Below, one piece after another: positions 1 through 9,504 of a DNA stretch of 64,000 bases. A program made the position numbers and the translations under genes. The notes under the pieces are model-generated. The model saw only the letters and a list, made by a program, of their open reading frames with translations, was not told the DNA's origin and did not search any database. The stretch's first letter is position 1. Every line of letters begins with the position of its first letter. The DNA is from Gammaproteobacteria bacterium (GTDB lineage: Bacteria; Pseudomonadota; Gammaproteobacteria; Eutrophobiales; Eutrophobiaceae): assembly GCA_965221695.1 (NCBI GenBank), contig OZ244905.1, forward strand, positions 64,001 through 128,000. The letters run 5' to 3'.

Positions 1-2
1 CC

Positions 3-1427
3 GGCGATGTGATTCTGTATAACTGGCCGTTTGGCACGGGTTCACATGCGCAGGATACGGCCATGGTCCAACCGGTATTTACCGAAGAGGGGGTTCTGGT
101 CGGTTATTCGGCTATCAAGGCCCATTGGCTGGATATCGGCGCGGTAGCGCCGTACTGCACCGACACAACAGACGTTTTCCAGGAGGGAACATTTTTCCCG
201 GGGGTAAAACTCTACCGGGGAGGAGAACTGGTTGATGATATTTACCGTTTAGCGCTTGCTAATTCGCGCATGCCCGCATTCGTTGCCGGGGATATTCAAG
301 CGCAAGCTAGCGCTGTGGGTGTCGGCGCGCGCAACCTGGTTCGTATCGTTGAACGTTATGGACTGGAGGTATTCCGCAACGCGGTCGAACGTATTTTCGA
401 CCACGGCGAGGCAACGGTTCGCAGCTATTTTGAAAATATCCCCGACGGGCGTTACGTGGGGCGCGGCATGATGGACAACAACGGCGTTGACGACAAGCCA
501 ATTCCTTTCAGTGTCATTATCGAAGTAAACGGTTCGTCGGTGCGGGTGGATTTCACCAATTCTCCGGAAGTGCAGCCCGGGCCGGTAAACTGCCCGGTTG
601 CGTCAACCGTTTCAGCCAGCCGCGTCGCCATTACCATGCTGGCCGGAGGCAACCAGGCGCCTTGTGACGGGCATTTCCGGCCGCTGGAGATTGTCACGCG
701 CCGTAATTCCATGTTCGATCCCAACCCGCCGGCCCCTTGTTTCCTGTATGGCTGGCCGGCCATGCAATCCATGGAAGTCATCTACCATGCGATGTCCAAA
801 GTCAATCCGGAGACCGTGCCGGCTTGTTCAGGCGGCGACCTGTGCGCGCTGGTATGGTGGGGGACAAAACAGGATACGGGTGAGATGTGGGGAGATGGCT
901 CGCCGTTTCCGGTCGGCCACGGCGGCAGTGTGAAAGGAGATGGCAGTACGATGATGCACGCGGCCGAAGCGGCAACCCGGTTTGCTTCCATGGAAGTAAT
1001 GGAGTCAAAATTTCCCTGGGTGGTTGAACAGTGCGAGTTCGCGCCGGACAGTTGTGGCGCGGGACAATATCGGGGTGGCATGGGTTATGACCTGGGATTT
1101 GAGTTGCTTGAAGACGCGTATTGCACCCCGACCCTGGAACGAACCCGAACCAGACCCTGGGGACTGGCCGGCGGTGGCGAGGCACGCGCCAACAGCGGAA
1201 CCCTGCGTTTCCCGGATGGCAGGATGGAGTCCTTTACCAAGGCCACAGGGATGCCGGTACCCAAGGGCGCGGTGTTGACGGTCCATACCGGCGGCGGAGG
1301 CGGCTACGGGCCGCCCCGAAAACGGCCACCGGAGCAGGTCTTGAACGATCTGCAGGAAGGTTATATCACTGAAGCCTTCGCACAGGAGCGCTATCCCCAC
1401 TCGTTGGTTGACCAACAAGCGGGATAA
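3..1427 (+). CDS. Hydantoinase B/oxoprolinase family protein (5'-partial, runs off window start)
   Basis: GDVILYN.P..GSH..D, AHWLDIG, FQEG, C-terminal GGGGGYG.P motifs of HyuB-type proteins; frame open from position 3. Confidence 0.9.
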   Translation, partial: GDVILYNWPFGTGSHAQDTAMVQPVFTEEGVLVGYSAIKAHWLDIGAVAPYCTDTTDVFQEGTFFPGVKLYRGGELVDDIYRLALANSRMPAFVAGDIQAQASAVGVGARNLVRIVERYGLEVFRNAVERIFDHGEATVRSYFENIPDGRYVGRGMMDNNGVDDKPIPFSVIIEVNGSSVRVDFTNSPEVQPGPVNCPVASTVSASRVAITMLAGGNQAPCDGHFRPLEIVTRRNSMFDPNPPAPCFLYGWPAMQSMEVIYHAMSKVNPETVPACSGGDLCALVWWGTKQDTGEMWGDGSPFPVGHGGSVKGDGSTMMHAAEAATRFASMEVMESKFPWVVEQCEFAPDSCGAGQYRGGMGYDLGFELLEDAYCTPTLERTRTRPWGLAGGGEARANSGTLRFPDGRMESFTKATGMPVPKGAVLTVHTGGGGGYGPPRKRPPEQVLNDLQEGYITEAFAQERYPHSLVDQQAG

Positions 1428-1574
1428 CGCGCTGCGTCATCTCACCCTGCGTCCTGGGCCTGCCAGGAACTGGTAAAAGGTTCCGCTCCATCATTATTAT
1501 GCTCTGGCCGGTATTGGCGCGCAGGAATCTGGCGCCTTTAGCGGCGGGGCAACAGTTTGCTATCATTCCGGTCC

Positions 1575-2261
1575 ATGGCTGCGCACGTAATCGAATTCCA
1601 CCACCTGTCCAAATCCTATTGGGAGGCCGATCGCGAGCATGTCGTCTTAAATGATGTAAACGGTGTGGTACGCGCAGGAGAATTTATCGTGTTGCTCGGC
1701 AAGAGCGGGTGCGGGAAATCCACGCTGTTAAATCTTATCAGTGGTATCGATGCGCCAAGTCGGGGCGATATACTGGTCAACGGACAATCGCTGACCGCGA
1801 TGAGCGAGGACGAGCGCACGTTGTTCCGCCGCCGTCATATCGGTTTCGTGTACCAGAGCTTCAACCTGATCCCCACATTGACGGTAAGGGACAACCTGTT
1901 GTTGCCGCTGGCATTGACGCGCCAGCTTGACCGCGATAGCAGGACAAAACCGGCAGATATGCTGGCGCAACTAGGCATGGCGCAACGGTTGGACTTTTAC
2001 CCCGACAAGCTGTCCACCGGCGAACAGCAACGCATTGCCATCGGCAGGGCGCTGATCCATAACCCATCCATCATCCTTGCCGATGAACCCACCGGAAACC
2101 TCGATCATGACACCGGACAAGAAGTGTTGAACCTGCTCGACCGGCTGGTGCGCGACGCCGGCAGAACCCTGATCATGGTTACCCACAGTCGGGAGGTTAT
2201 CGGGCTGGCCGACCGGCTGATGACAATACGGGATTGCCGCTTGGAAGAAAGCGCTTGCTAA
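1575..2261 (+). CDS. ABC transporter ATP-binding protein (LolD/MacB-type)
   Basis: Walker A GKSGCGKS, signature LSTGEQQR, Walker [13 protein letters not shown]-loop MVTH. Confidence 0.95.
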   Translation: MAAHVIEFHHLSKSYWEADREHVVLNDVNGVVRAGEFIVLLGKSGCGKSTLLNLISGIDAPSRGDILVNGQSLTAMSEDERTLFRRRHIGFVYQSFNLIPTLTVRDNLLLPLALTRQLDRDSRTKPADMLAQLGMAQRLDFYPDKLSTGEQQRIAIGRALIHNPSIILADEPTGNLDHDTGQEVLNLLDRLVRDAGRTLIMVTHSREVIGLADRLMTIRDCRLEESAC

Positions 2262-4822
2262 GCTTTAACAAGGTCCTGTTCCGTTCGAGCGCGCGCTTTT
2301 TCCTGCGCCATCCGGCACAACTGGGCCTGGCCGTAACCGGCATTGCCCTGGCTGTTGCCGTGGTGGTATCCGTTGACCTGGTCAACAACAGCGCAAGGCA
2401 TTCCTTTGAACGGTCCACTGCAACCATCACCGGCGGGGCTACCCATCGCATCATTGCCGGACCTGCCGGGCTTGATGAAACGCTGTATACGCAATTGCGT
2501 GTCGACCATGGCCTGCGCGCCACCGCGCCCGTGATCGAGGCCAGGGTGGCCTTGGAGAAGAACACAAAGCGGGAGACGCTGGTCTTGCTTGGTCTTGACC
2601 CGTTCGCGGAACGAACTTTTCGCACCTATGCCGGGTTCAACAACCTGCGAAATGAAGCAGGAGAGGGGACGCTGATCCCCTTGTTGACGGAGACAAATAC
2701 CGTGCTCGTCGATGCCACAACGGCAGCCCGGCTGGGACTGCGGGCAAACGATGAAGCTGACCTGGTGACCGGCGGCCGGAGAATGCCCGTGCGTGTGGCA
2801 GGCATCATTGACGGGACCGCAGCGGGAACAGCCCACACGCCTGATAACCTCCTCGTGGCGGATATAGCCACTGCCCAGGAACTGCTTGGTATGCAGGGTC
2901 GGATCAGCCGCATCGATGTGTTGCTAGAAGACGGGGACGGCACGACCGGGAACATGCTGCAATCATTGTTGCCGCCGGGCGCGGCGTTGCTTCCCGCAAC
3001 GAGTAGAACCCGTTCTCTCGAACAGATGACCGGCGCATTTCATACCAATCTTACCGCACTGAGCCTGCTGGCCTTGCTGGTAGGTATGTTTCTCATCTAT
3101 AACACGATGACCTTCATCGTGGTGCTGCGGCGGCCCCTGTTAGGCCGGTTGCGGGCGTTGGGCGTAACGCGCCGGCAACTGGGCGGGATCATCGCGCTGG
3201 AGGCATTACTGATGGGGATCGCAGCCACTGTAGCCGGCCTGGTATTGGGCATTGTGCTGGCGCATGGCCTGTTACAGGTCGTTAACCGCACCATCAACGA
3301 GGTGTATGACCTGCTCACGGACTCGAATCTAACCCTGTCAAATTTGTCGTTGCTAAAGGGCGCGGTACTGGGCATCGCGGGCACGCTGCTGGCAGCCATC
3401 CCTGCGGCATTGGAGGCTATGCGGGTCGCGCCTAGGCAGGCGCTGTTGCGCTCGCACCTGGAAACAGCTTCACGGCGCCTGGCGCTGCCGGCTGCGTTCG
3501 CTAGCACTGTAGCGCTCTGTGTGGGTATTGCTGTCATCCGGCTCTCCGGTCACGGTATCGGACTGGGGTTCGCCGGCATCTTTATTATTATTCTGGGCAC
3601 GACCCTGCTGATACCTTTAGTGACCGTTATGCTGATGGCATGCTTAAAACCCTTGCTGGGCACATGTTTCGGTATTTCGGGGCGTTATGCCTGCGAATCG
3701 GTCACGGCTTCCCTGAGCCGTACCGCGGCCGCAATCGCGGCGCTGATGATCGCCATCGCCACAGTTATCGGTATTGGTCTGATGGTCAATAATTTCCGTG
3801 TATCTGTGCAGAGTTGGCTGCAACAGGCGCTGCGCGCAGAGATGTATGTATCCCTGCCGTCGGCGGGCACGACGGCTTCAGACTTCGCCCTGAACGCCGA
3901 GTTTGCAGAGGCCATGCTGGCGTTGCCGCAGGTGCAAGCCGTCAGCAGCGTGCGGCGCATTAACATCGAAACTTCCCGTGGGACAACAGAACTCGCCGCC
4001 TATGGGTTGAACGAGACTGCACGGGAAGGATTCCGCTTCAAACAGCGTGAAGCCGATGATATCTGGCCGGACTTTCACGAGCAGGATACGGTCATCGTGT
4101 CCGAACCCTATGCCTGGCGTCACGGGCTGGAACCGGATGACATGCTGGAACTCCGTACCGATAGCGGCTACCGGTCATTCCGCGTGCTGGGTGTGTACAA
4201 GGATTACAGCTCCGACCAGGGTGTCGTCAGTATGAGCCGGAGCGCCTATGAGCGGCATTGGCGCGATGACCGCTATTCGGGTTTTGGTTTGTACACACTA
4301 CCCGGCACGGACCTGGAGGTATTGCGCAGGCAGGTACAACAACTGGCGCCGGAACGTGACCTATGGTTGCAGGACAGGGACAAAATAATGCGCGCATCGC
4401 TGGAGGTGTTTGACAATACCTTCGCCGTCACTGACATTCTGCGAGTACTGGCGGCCATCATCGCCTTTATTGGCGTGTTCAGCGCACTGATGGCATTGCA
4501 AATGGAGCGCAGCCGGGAACATGCGCTGCTGCGGGCAATGGGTTTTCTGCCCGCACAGGCTCTACGTTTGATTATTTCAGAAACCGGCCTGCTGGGCCTG
4601 GTTGCCGGCCTGCTGGCAATCCCGGTGGGCTGTCTCATTACGGCGTTGCTGATCCTGGTAATCAACCGGCGTTCCTTCGGCTGGAGCATGGAACTCCAAT
4701 TCAGCGCGGAGATCATGTTGCAGGGGCTGGCCCTTGGGCTGGCGGCGGCCCTGCTTGCCGGAATTTATCCCGCCTGGAAGATCTCCCGTGCGCAACCTGC
4801 CGAGGCCCTGAGAAGGGAATAA
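2255..4822 (+). CDS. FtsX-like ABC transporter permease with duplicated MacB/FtsX halves (AttF/G-like)
   Basis: About 855 aa; two repeats of periplasmic domain plus TM block with LRALG/LRAMG motifs; ends PAEALRRE; TTG start overlaps ATPase stop. Confidence 0.9.
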   Translation: MLSFNKVLFRSSARFFLRHPAQLGLAVTGIALAVAVVVSVDLVNNSARHSFERSTATITGGATHRIIAGPAGLDETLYTQLRVDHGLRATAPVIEARVALEKNTKRETLVLLGLDPFAERTFRTYAGFNNLRNEAGEGTLIPLLTETNTVLVDATTAARLGLRANDEADLVTGGRRMPVRVAGIIDGTAAGTAHTPDNLLVADIATAQELLGMQGRISRIDVLLEDGDGTTGNMLQSLLPPGAALLPATSRTRSLEQMTGAFHTNLTALSLLALLVGMFLIYNTMTFIVVLRRPLLGRLRALGVTRRQLGGIIALEALLMGIAATVAGLVLGIVLAHGLLQVVNRTINEVYDLLTDSNLTLSNLSLLKGAVLGIAGTLLAAIPAALEAMRVAPRQALLRSHLETASRRLALPAAFASTVALCVGIAVIRLSGHGIGLGFAGIFIIILGTTLLIPLVTVMLMACLKPLLGTCFGISGRYACESVTASLSRTAAAIAALMIAIATVIGIGLMVNNFRVSVQSWLQQALRAEMYVSLPSAGTTASDFALNAEFAEAMLALPQVQAVSSVRRINIETSRGTTELAAYGLNETAREGFRFKQREADDIWPDFHEQDTVIVSEPYAWRHGLEPDDMLELRTDSGYRSFRVLGVYKDYSSDQGVVSMSRSAYERHWRDDRYSGFGLYTLPGTDLEVLRRQVQQLAPERDLWLQDRDKIMRASLEVFDNTFAVTDILRVLAAIIAFIGVFSALMALQMERSREHALLRAMGFLPAQALRLIISETGLLGLVAGLLAIPVGCLITALLILVINRRSFGWSMELQFSAEIMLQGLALGLAAALLAGIYPAWKISRAQPAEALRRE

Positions 4823-4902
4823 CGCATGACTTGGCGGTTTCTACCAACCCAAAAACAGCGCCAATGGATGCGATGATTTCACGGCACGAAACGTATCACT
4901 CC

Positions 4903-6066
4903 ATGGAGAAGTTCATTTCGGTCATCCTGGCAGCGCTCATACTTCCCGGCTGCATTGATAGGGACCCCGAAAAAAACCCTGTAACAAACGAGGAACCGAT
5001 ACCTGTCGTCGACATATTGCGCGGCGACCCGGCGCGATCGTTTGCCCAGGTGGACCGGCCCAAGGAGTTCCGATTTCCCGCCGACCATGGCCCGCATAAC
5101 GAATATCGCACCGAGTGGTGGTATTTCACCGGCAATGTCAACACCGGCGAGGCGCGCCGTTTCGGATACCAACTCACCTTTTTTCGCTTTCGGCCAAGGG
5201 CCGAACAACAGAACGGTTCTTCCCGCTGGCGGACCCGGCATCTCTATATGGCCCACTTTGCGCTGACCGATATCGGCAATGACAAGTTCCATACCTTCGA
5301 GCGTTTCAGTCGCGGCGCCGCCGGTCTTGCCGGCGCAAGTACGGGCAAGCTGCATGTCTGGCTTGAGGACTGGTCTGCGGCGGTGACTTCAGCGCAGACG
5401 TTTCCGCTGCGTCTGCGCGCCCGGGAGGGAAGGATTGCGCTGGACCTTACGCTGGAACAAGGCAAGGCCGTCGTTCTCCATGGTGAGGACGGCATCAGCG
5501 TGAAGAACGATGAGCCGGGCAATGCTTCGTATTACTACTCCTATACGCGTATGCCTACCTCGGGACATATCAGCATTGGCGATGAGACGTATACGGTAAG
5601 CGGCAATAGCTGGATGGACCGGGAGTGGAGCAGCAGCGCCCTGGGCGAGGAACAACAGGGTTGGGACTGGTTTGCGCTGCAATTGTCCAATGGTTACGAA
5701 GTCATGTACTACCGTTTCCGCCGCGCGGACGGCGCCGTCGACCGCTTCAGCTACGGCGCTATCGTGCTGCCAAATGGGCAAGTGAACAAGCTGGGATTCG
5801 ACCAGGTGGAGCTTGATATACTGGATACCTGGCAGAGCGCCGGGAGTGGGGTGATATATCCCTCCGCATGGCGCCTACGGGCGCCGGAACTTGCAATCGA
5901 TCTGACGATCCGGCCGGCGGTAGCCGCCCAGGAACTGGATCTCTCGTTCCGGTACTGGGAGGGCGCGGTGGAATTTGACGGCGCTGTTGACGGCAGCGAC
6001 GTTTACGGCCGTGGTTACGTCGAACTCACCGGCTACGGAGCAAACACCGCGCCGCGGGCCCGATAA
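4903..6066 (+). CDS. AttH/CrtC-like lipocalin-fold lipoprotein
   Basis: Lipobox-like LILPGC after ATG 4903; FPADHGPH..EWWYFTG, SYYYS, WMDREWS, GWDWF, YWEG, GYVELTGY motifs. Confidence 0.88.
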   Translation: MEKFISVILAALILPGCIDRDPEKNPVTNEEPIPVVDILRGDPARSFAQVDRPKEFRFPADHGPHNEYRTEWWYFTGNVNTGEARRFGYQLTFFRFRPRAEQQNGSSRWRTRHLYMAHFALTDIGNDKFHTFERFSRGAAGLAGASTGKLHVWLEDWSAAVTSAQTFPLRLRAREGRIALDLTLEQGKAVVLHGEDGISVKNDEPGNASYYYSYTRMPTSGHISIGDETYTVSGNSWMDREWSSSALGEEQQGWDWFALQLSNGYEVMYYRFRRADGAVDRFSYGAIVLPNGQVNKLGFDQVELDILDTWQSAGSGVIYPSAWRLRAPELAIDLTIRPAVAAQELDLSFRYWEGAVEFDGAVDGSDVYGRGYVELTGYGANTAPRAR

Positions 6067-6096
6067 GCGGCCGCCGGGTTGATTGAGGTCTGTAAA

Positions 6097-6516
6097 TCAG
6101 GCCCAGCCCAGTTCATTTAATGCCCAGGATGAGTTCCAGATTTTTACCATGCCGGAAATAAGGTCATTTTCATCGAGGGTCAGCACATAGACGTAGTGCG
6201 AGTTGGTCTGCTTGTTTGTCGGCGGCACCGGTCCGCCTTCGCCGGTATGGGCGCCTGAAAATGTGGCGAAAAACAGCGCGGTTCGTGTCGCTTCATCATA
6301 GGACGATGCGTGCAGTTCGTAACTGCAACCCGGCATCAGGTTAAGACCGAGTCCTGCCATCCACTCGGTGTACCCTTCAACCGTGTCTACTTCAGTTAAG
6401 GCGTCACTCTGTGCAACAAAACCAGCGCCGGGCGCTACGTATTGTTTACAGCCGTTCCAACCTTCAAGACTTTCACAGGCATGGAAAAAACGGGTTGCGG
6501 TATCAAATGCGGACAT
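6097..6516 (-). CDS. SnoaL-like/ester cyclase (NTF2-like) protein
   Basis: 139 aa, FSGAHTGEGGPVPPTNK motif typical of SnoaL-like proteins. Confidence 0.75.
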   Translation of the reverse strand: MSAFDTATRFFHACESLEGWNGCKQYVAPGAGFVAQSDALTEVDTVEGYTEWMAGLGLNLMPGCSYELHASSYDEATRTALFFATFSGAHTGEGGPVPPTNKQTNSHYVYVLTLDENDLISGMVKIWNSSWALNELGWA

Positions 6517-6543
6517 GCTTTTCTCCTGAAGTTGATTTTTGGG

Positions 6544-6580
6544 CTAAGAATGCTCTGAGGATTAAGTCAGAGGTTCCTAA
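6544..6580. repeat. TIR-only mini derivative of the dispersed MITE
   Basis: ctaa GAATGCTCTGAGGATTAAGTCAGAGGTTC ctaa; matches hairpin 1 of the 151-bp element. Confidence 0.7.
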
Positions 6581-6747
6581 ACTTTTCGTGCATTCAATGA
6601 CATACTACTTGAGGCAGGCCACACTGTCCACCAATGAACACCAATGAACACATTGCGCTTCTTCCGGAATCTTTCTTCTGCGTGCTTTTGTCGATGATTG
6701 GGTTACACTGTATATTCAGACCAATCCTATTAAATCGGAGATGAAGC

Positions 6748-7068
6748 ATGAAAACTGTCCTGGTTACCTACAATCTTCCCGGCAAGCCACCGCGCCAGGC
6801 AATCAGAGAAAAATTTGCCGATGCTGCCAACAACATTTTCAAAGGTCTTCCCGGCTTGATGAGCAAGCAATTCTGTTACGACGAGACAACAGGTGACGGT
6901 CACTCCGTGTATCTGTGGGAAACTGAGGAACAGGCCAGGGGATTCTTTGCGCCTGACTTTGATGAACATTTCCGAGAAGTCTTCGGTGTGGATCCAACAA
7001 TCACCCATCTCGATATTCAGGTATTGTTGGACAACCGGGCCGGTGATGTGGTCGTAAACAAGGAGTGA
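6748..7068 (+). CDS. YdhR-like putative monooxygenase (dimeric alpha/beta barrel)
   Basis: 106 aa, GLPGLMSK ... SVYLWETEEQA motif; RBS GGAG upstream. Confidence 0.75.
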   Translation: MKTVLVTYNLPGKPPRQAIREKFADAANNIFKGLPGLMSKQFCYDETTGDGHSVYLWETEEQARGFFAPDFDEHFREVFGVDPTITHLDIQVLLDNRAGDVVVNKE

Positions 7069-7078
7069 AAAGTTTACT

Positions 7079-7999
7079 ATGCCAACTTCTTTATGGACAA
7101 AAATAACGGGTTTGCTGACCGGTAAACCTGCATATACTCCACCCAGGGTGTGGACCTGGGATGCGCCCAGTGGCGGGCAATTTGAAAATATCAACCGGCC
7201 GGTAGCCGGCGCTACCCATGAACAGGCATTGCCCGTCGGCAAACATCCCCTGCAGCTATATTCATTGGCTACGCCGAACGGCGTGAAAGTGACCGTAATG
7301 CTGGAAGAACTCCTGGCCCTGGGGTTTGCAGGCGCAGAATATGATGCGTGGCTGATCGATATCGGAGAAGGGCAGCAGTTCGGTAGCGGCTTTGTCGATA
7401 TTAACCCGAACTCCAAGATCCCGGCCCTTGTTGATCGCAGCGGTGACAAGCCTGTGCGCCTGTTTGAATCGGGCGCCATCCTGCTTTACCTGGCGCAGAA
7501 GTTCGGCGCGCTGATCCCTGAAGAGCCGGTTTTGCAGGCGCAATGCCTGTCCTGGCTGTTCTGGCAAATGGGCAGCGCGCCGTATCTTGGCGGCGGTTTC
7601 GGGCATTTTTATGCTTATGCGCCCGAAAAGTTCGAATACCCCATTAATCGCTATGCGATGGAAGTGAAACGCCAGATGGACGTGCTCGACCGCCACCTGG
7701 CCAATAATCGATACTGCTGCGGAGAGGAATACAGCATTGCCGATATCGCCATCTGGCCCTGGTATGGCGCGCTGGTCCTGAATAAAGTCTATGGCGCTGC
7801 CGAGTTCCTGGATGCCGCTTCCTATACAAACCTGAATCGGTGGACCGGCGAAATAACAGAGCGTCCCGCGGTCAAACGCGGCCGCATGGTGAATCGGAGC
7901 TGGGGCGAACCCGCGGAGCAGTTGCGGGAACGCCATAATGCGGGCGACTTTGATACCCGGACCCAGGATAAACTTGAACCGGTCGAAAACGCGGGGTAG
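7079..7999 (+). CDS. yghU: Glutathione-dependent disulfide-bond oxidoreductase (GST Nu class)
   Basis: YTPPRVW, INRPVAGATH, LYSLATPNGVKV, INPNSKIPAL, FESGAIL, WQMGSAPYLGGGFGHFY. Confidence 0.93.
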   Translation: MPTSLWTKITGLLTGKPAYTPPRVWTWDAPSGGQFENINRPVAGATHEQALPVGKHPLQLYSLATPNGVKVTVMLEELLALGFAGAEYDAWLIDIGEGQQFGSGFVDINPNSKIPALVDRSGDKPVRLFESGAILLYLAQKFGALIPEEPVLQAQCLSWLFWQMGSAPYLGGGFGHFYAYAPEKFEYPINRYAMEVKRQMDVLDRHLANNRYCCGEEYSIADIAIWPWYGALVLNKVYGAAEFLDAASYTNLNRWTGEITERPAVKRGRMVNRSWGEPAEQLRERHNAGDFDTRTQDKLEPVENAG

Positions 8000-8035
8000 C
8001 CCGGGTATTTGCACCAGTGAATACGATAATAGCGA

Positions 8036-8248
8036 TTGATTGTGCCTGATCTGCCTAGCAACGTTTTTCGGCATATAGCAGCCGTTTGCGCCGCCCAGAC
8101 GCTGGCAATTGCAGCGTCCATCCTGTCACCACTGGCCGTGGGCAGCTTGATCATCGCCCTGGGTGTTCGCGAAGTTGAAGCGGCGACCTGGTTGAGGTCG
8201 CTCCCCAGTACGATACCACCACCAACACACCGCAATTCGACAAATTGA
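8036..8248 (+). pseudogene. Possible truncated MFS transporter remnant
   Basis: First ~50 aa (SILSPLAVGSLIIALGVREVEAA) resemble TM1 and loop of the MFS proteins at 28702 and 35334, then similarity ends abruptly. Confidence 0.4.
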
Positions 8249-8310
8249 TGCTATTTGAAATCCTGTGCCTGGTAGTCGAGAGTAAGGCCTCCGCTCAAGG
8301 CTAATCCGCA

Positions 8311-9408
8311 TTGACCATGACCTGGCTTTTTGCCCCTGTCGTCGTATTCTGGTGGCTGTTTTCACTAGCGTTGTTTTTGATCTCATTTCGGAAAAGACCA
8401 CGAAAAACAGGCGCTATCATTGATGTGCAAATTGGCCTTGCAAGCATCGCCATGGCGCTTCTCTTATTACATCCTCCGTTGACTTATGAGTTCGTTTTCA
8501 AGCTGATTGAACCTAAGGAATGTTCACGGGATATTAAGCCCGTTCGGACTGTGTTGTTGTTGCCTGATGGAAAACCAGAACTTTACGAAAGTATTGTCGC
8601 ATTGCCTGACGGCAGTTTTGTTGTCACCGCTGCAACCAGGGGCGAACTTCTCAGTGTCGGTAAAGACGGAACCATCAACATACTGGCGAGTCTGCCGACC
8701 GGCCGTTTTGATCTGCGTACTTTCAATGGTATGTTGGGTGGTATCGTACAAGGTCAGGATAAGGCGCTGTACACTATTGTCCTTGCAACAGATCTACAAA
8801 ACCGGGGTTTATGGCGAGTTGATCAGGCAGGTAACAGCAGTTTGTGGGCCAGGCTACCCATGGATGCGAGTGGAAACGGTTTGACTTTGGATCATCATGG
8901 TAATTTTTATATTGCTGACTCAAGGCAGGGTCTGGTTTGGAAAGTAGAAGCTAACGGAGGACCACCAGTAATATGGTATCAGGGGCCTTTGATCGGGGCC
9001 GGCGCCCGCTCTCTATTGCCGACTGCAAACGGCATCAAATTTACGCAATTAGCCATATTTGTCACCAATACCAAGCATAAAAGGGTTGTTCGTATTGATA
9101 TTCGGGAAGACGGCAGTGCCGGCGAGGCCAGTATTTGGGATGAAGGAATCCCTGCAGACGATTTTGCGATAGATGATCACGGGCGACTGTACCTGACGAC
9201 CCACCCATTTAACACGGTAGTGCAATTGCAGCGAGATAAACCCTGTTTGATCGTCGCTGCTGTTGATAGTGGTATAGCTGGACCTACTGCCGCCGTCATT
9301 GGGAGAGGCTCAGATGATCGCTCTTTGCTATATGTATTGAATGACGGTGGTTATTCTAGGGCCGTCAAGGGTGGCAAACCTTCAATAATCGGGTTGGAAA
9401 TAAATTAA
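8311..9408 (+). CDS. SMP-30/gluconolactonase-like beta-propeller protein with N-terminal membrane anchor
   Basis: Two N-terminal hydrophobic segments; ESI, GNGL, ANGI, ADDFAID propeller motifs. Confidence 0.75.
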   Translation: MTMTWLFAPVVVFWWLFSLALFLISFRKRPRKTGAIIDVQIGLASIAMALLLLHPPLTYEFVFKLIEPKECSRDIKPVRTVLLLPDGKPELYESIVALPDGSFVVTAATRGELLSVGKDGTINILASLPTGRFDLRTFNGMLGGIVQGQDKALYTIVLATDLQNRGLWRVDQAGNSSLWARLPMDASGNGLTLDHHGNFYIADSRQGLVWKVEANGGPPVIWYQGPLIGAGARSLLPTANGIKFTQLAIFVTNTKHKRVVRIDIREDGSAGEASIWDEGIPADDFAIDDHGRLYLTTHPFNTVVQLQRDKPCLIVAAVDSGIAGPTAAVIGRGSDDRSLLYVLNDGGYSRAVKGGKPSIIGLEIN

Positions 9409-9409
9409 T

Positions 9410-9500
9410 GAGAACTCAGAACAAGCCCGTCCAGGACTTGTTCTGAGCGCATAGAATAAAAATGCGATTTTGTTTTACTTGGAACCTCTGACTTTAATCC
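9410..9500 (-). mobile_element. Degenerate, internally deleted copy of the 151-bp MITE
   Basis: Reverse-complement hairpin 5 (CTCAGAACAAG...CTTGTTCTGAG), hairpin 4 remnant and GGAACCTCTGAC arm; hairpins 2-3 missing. Confidence 0.7.
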
Positions 9501-9504
9501 GCAT

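Noticed and set aside
6631-6652. Short tandem duplication CCAATGAACA x2
   Set aside because: Only two units and no further structure
6730-8074. Long antisense ORFs (249 and 270 aa) and similar shadow ORFs such as 45820-46554, 46936-47607 and 48935-49606
   Set aside because: They lie opposite well-supported genes and show no recognisable motifs
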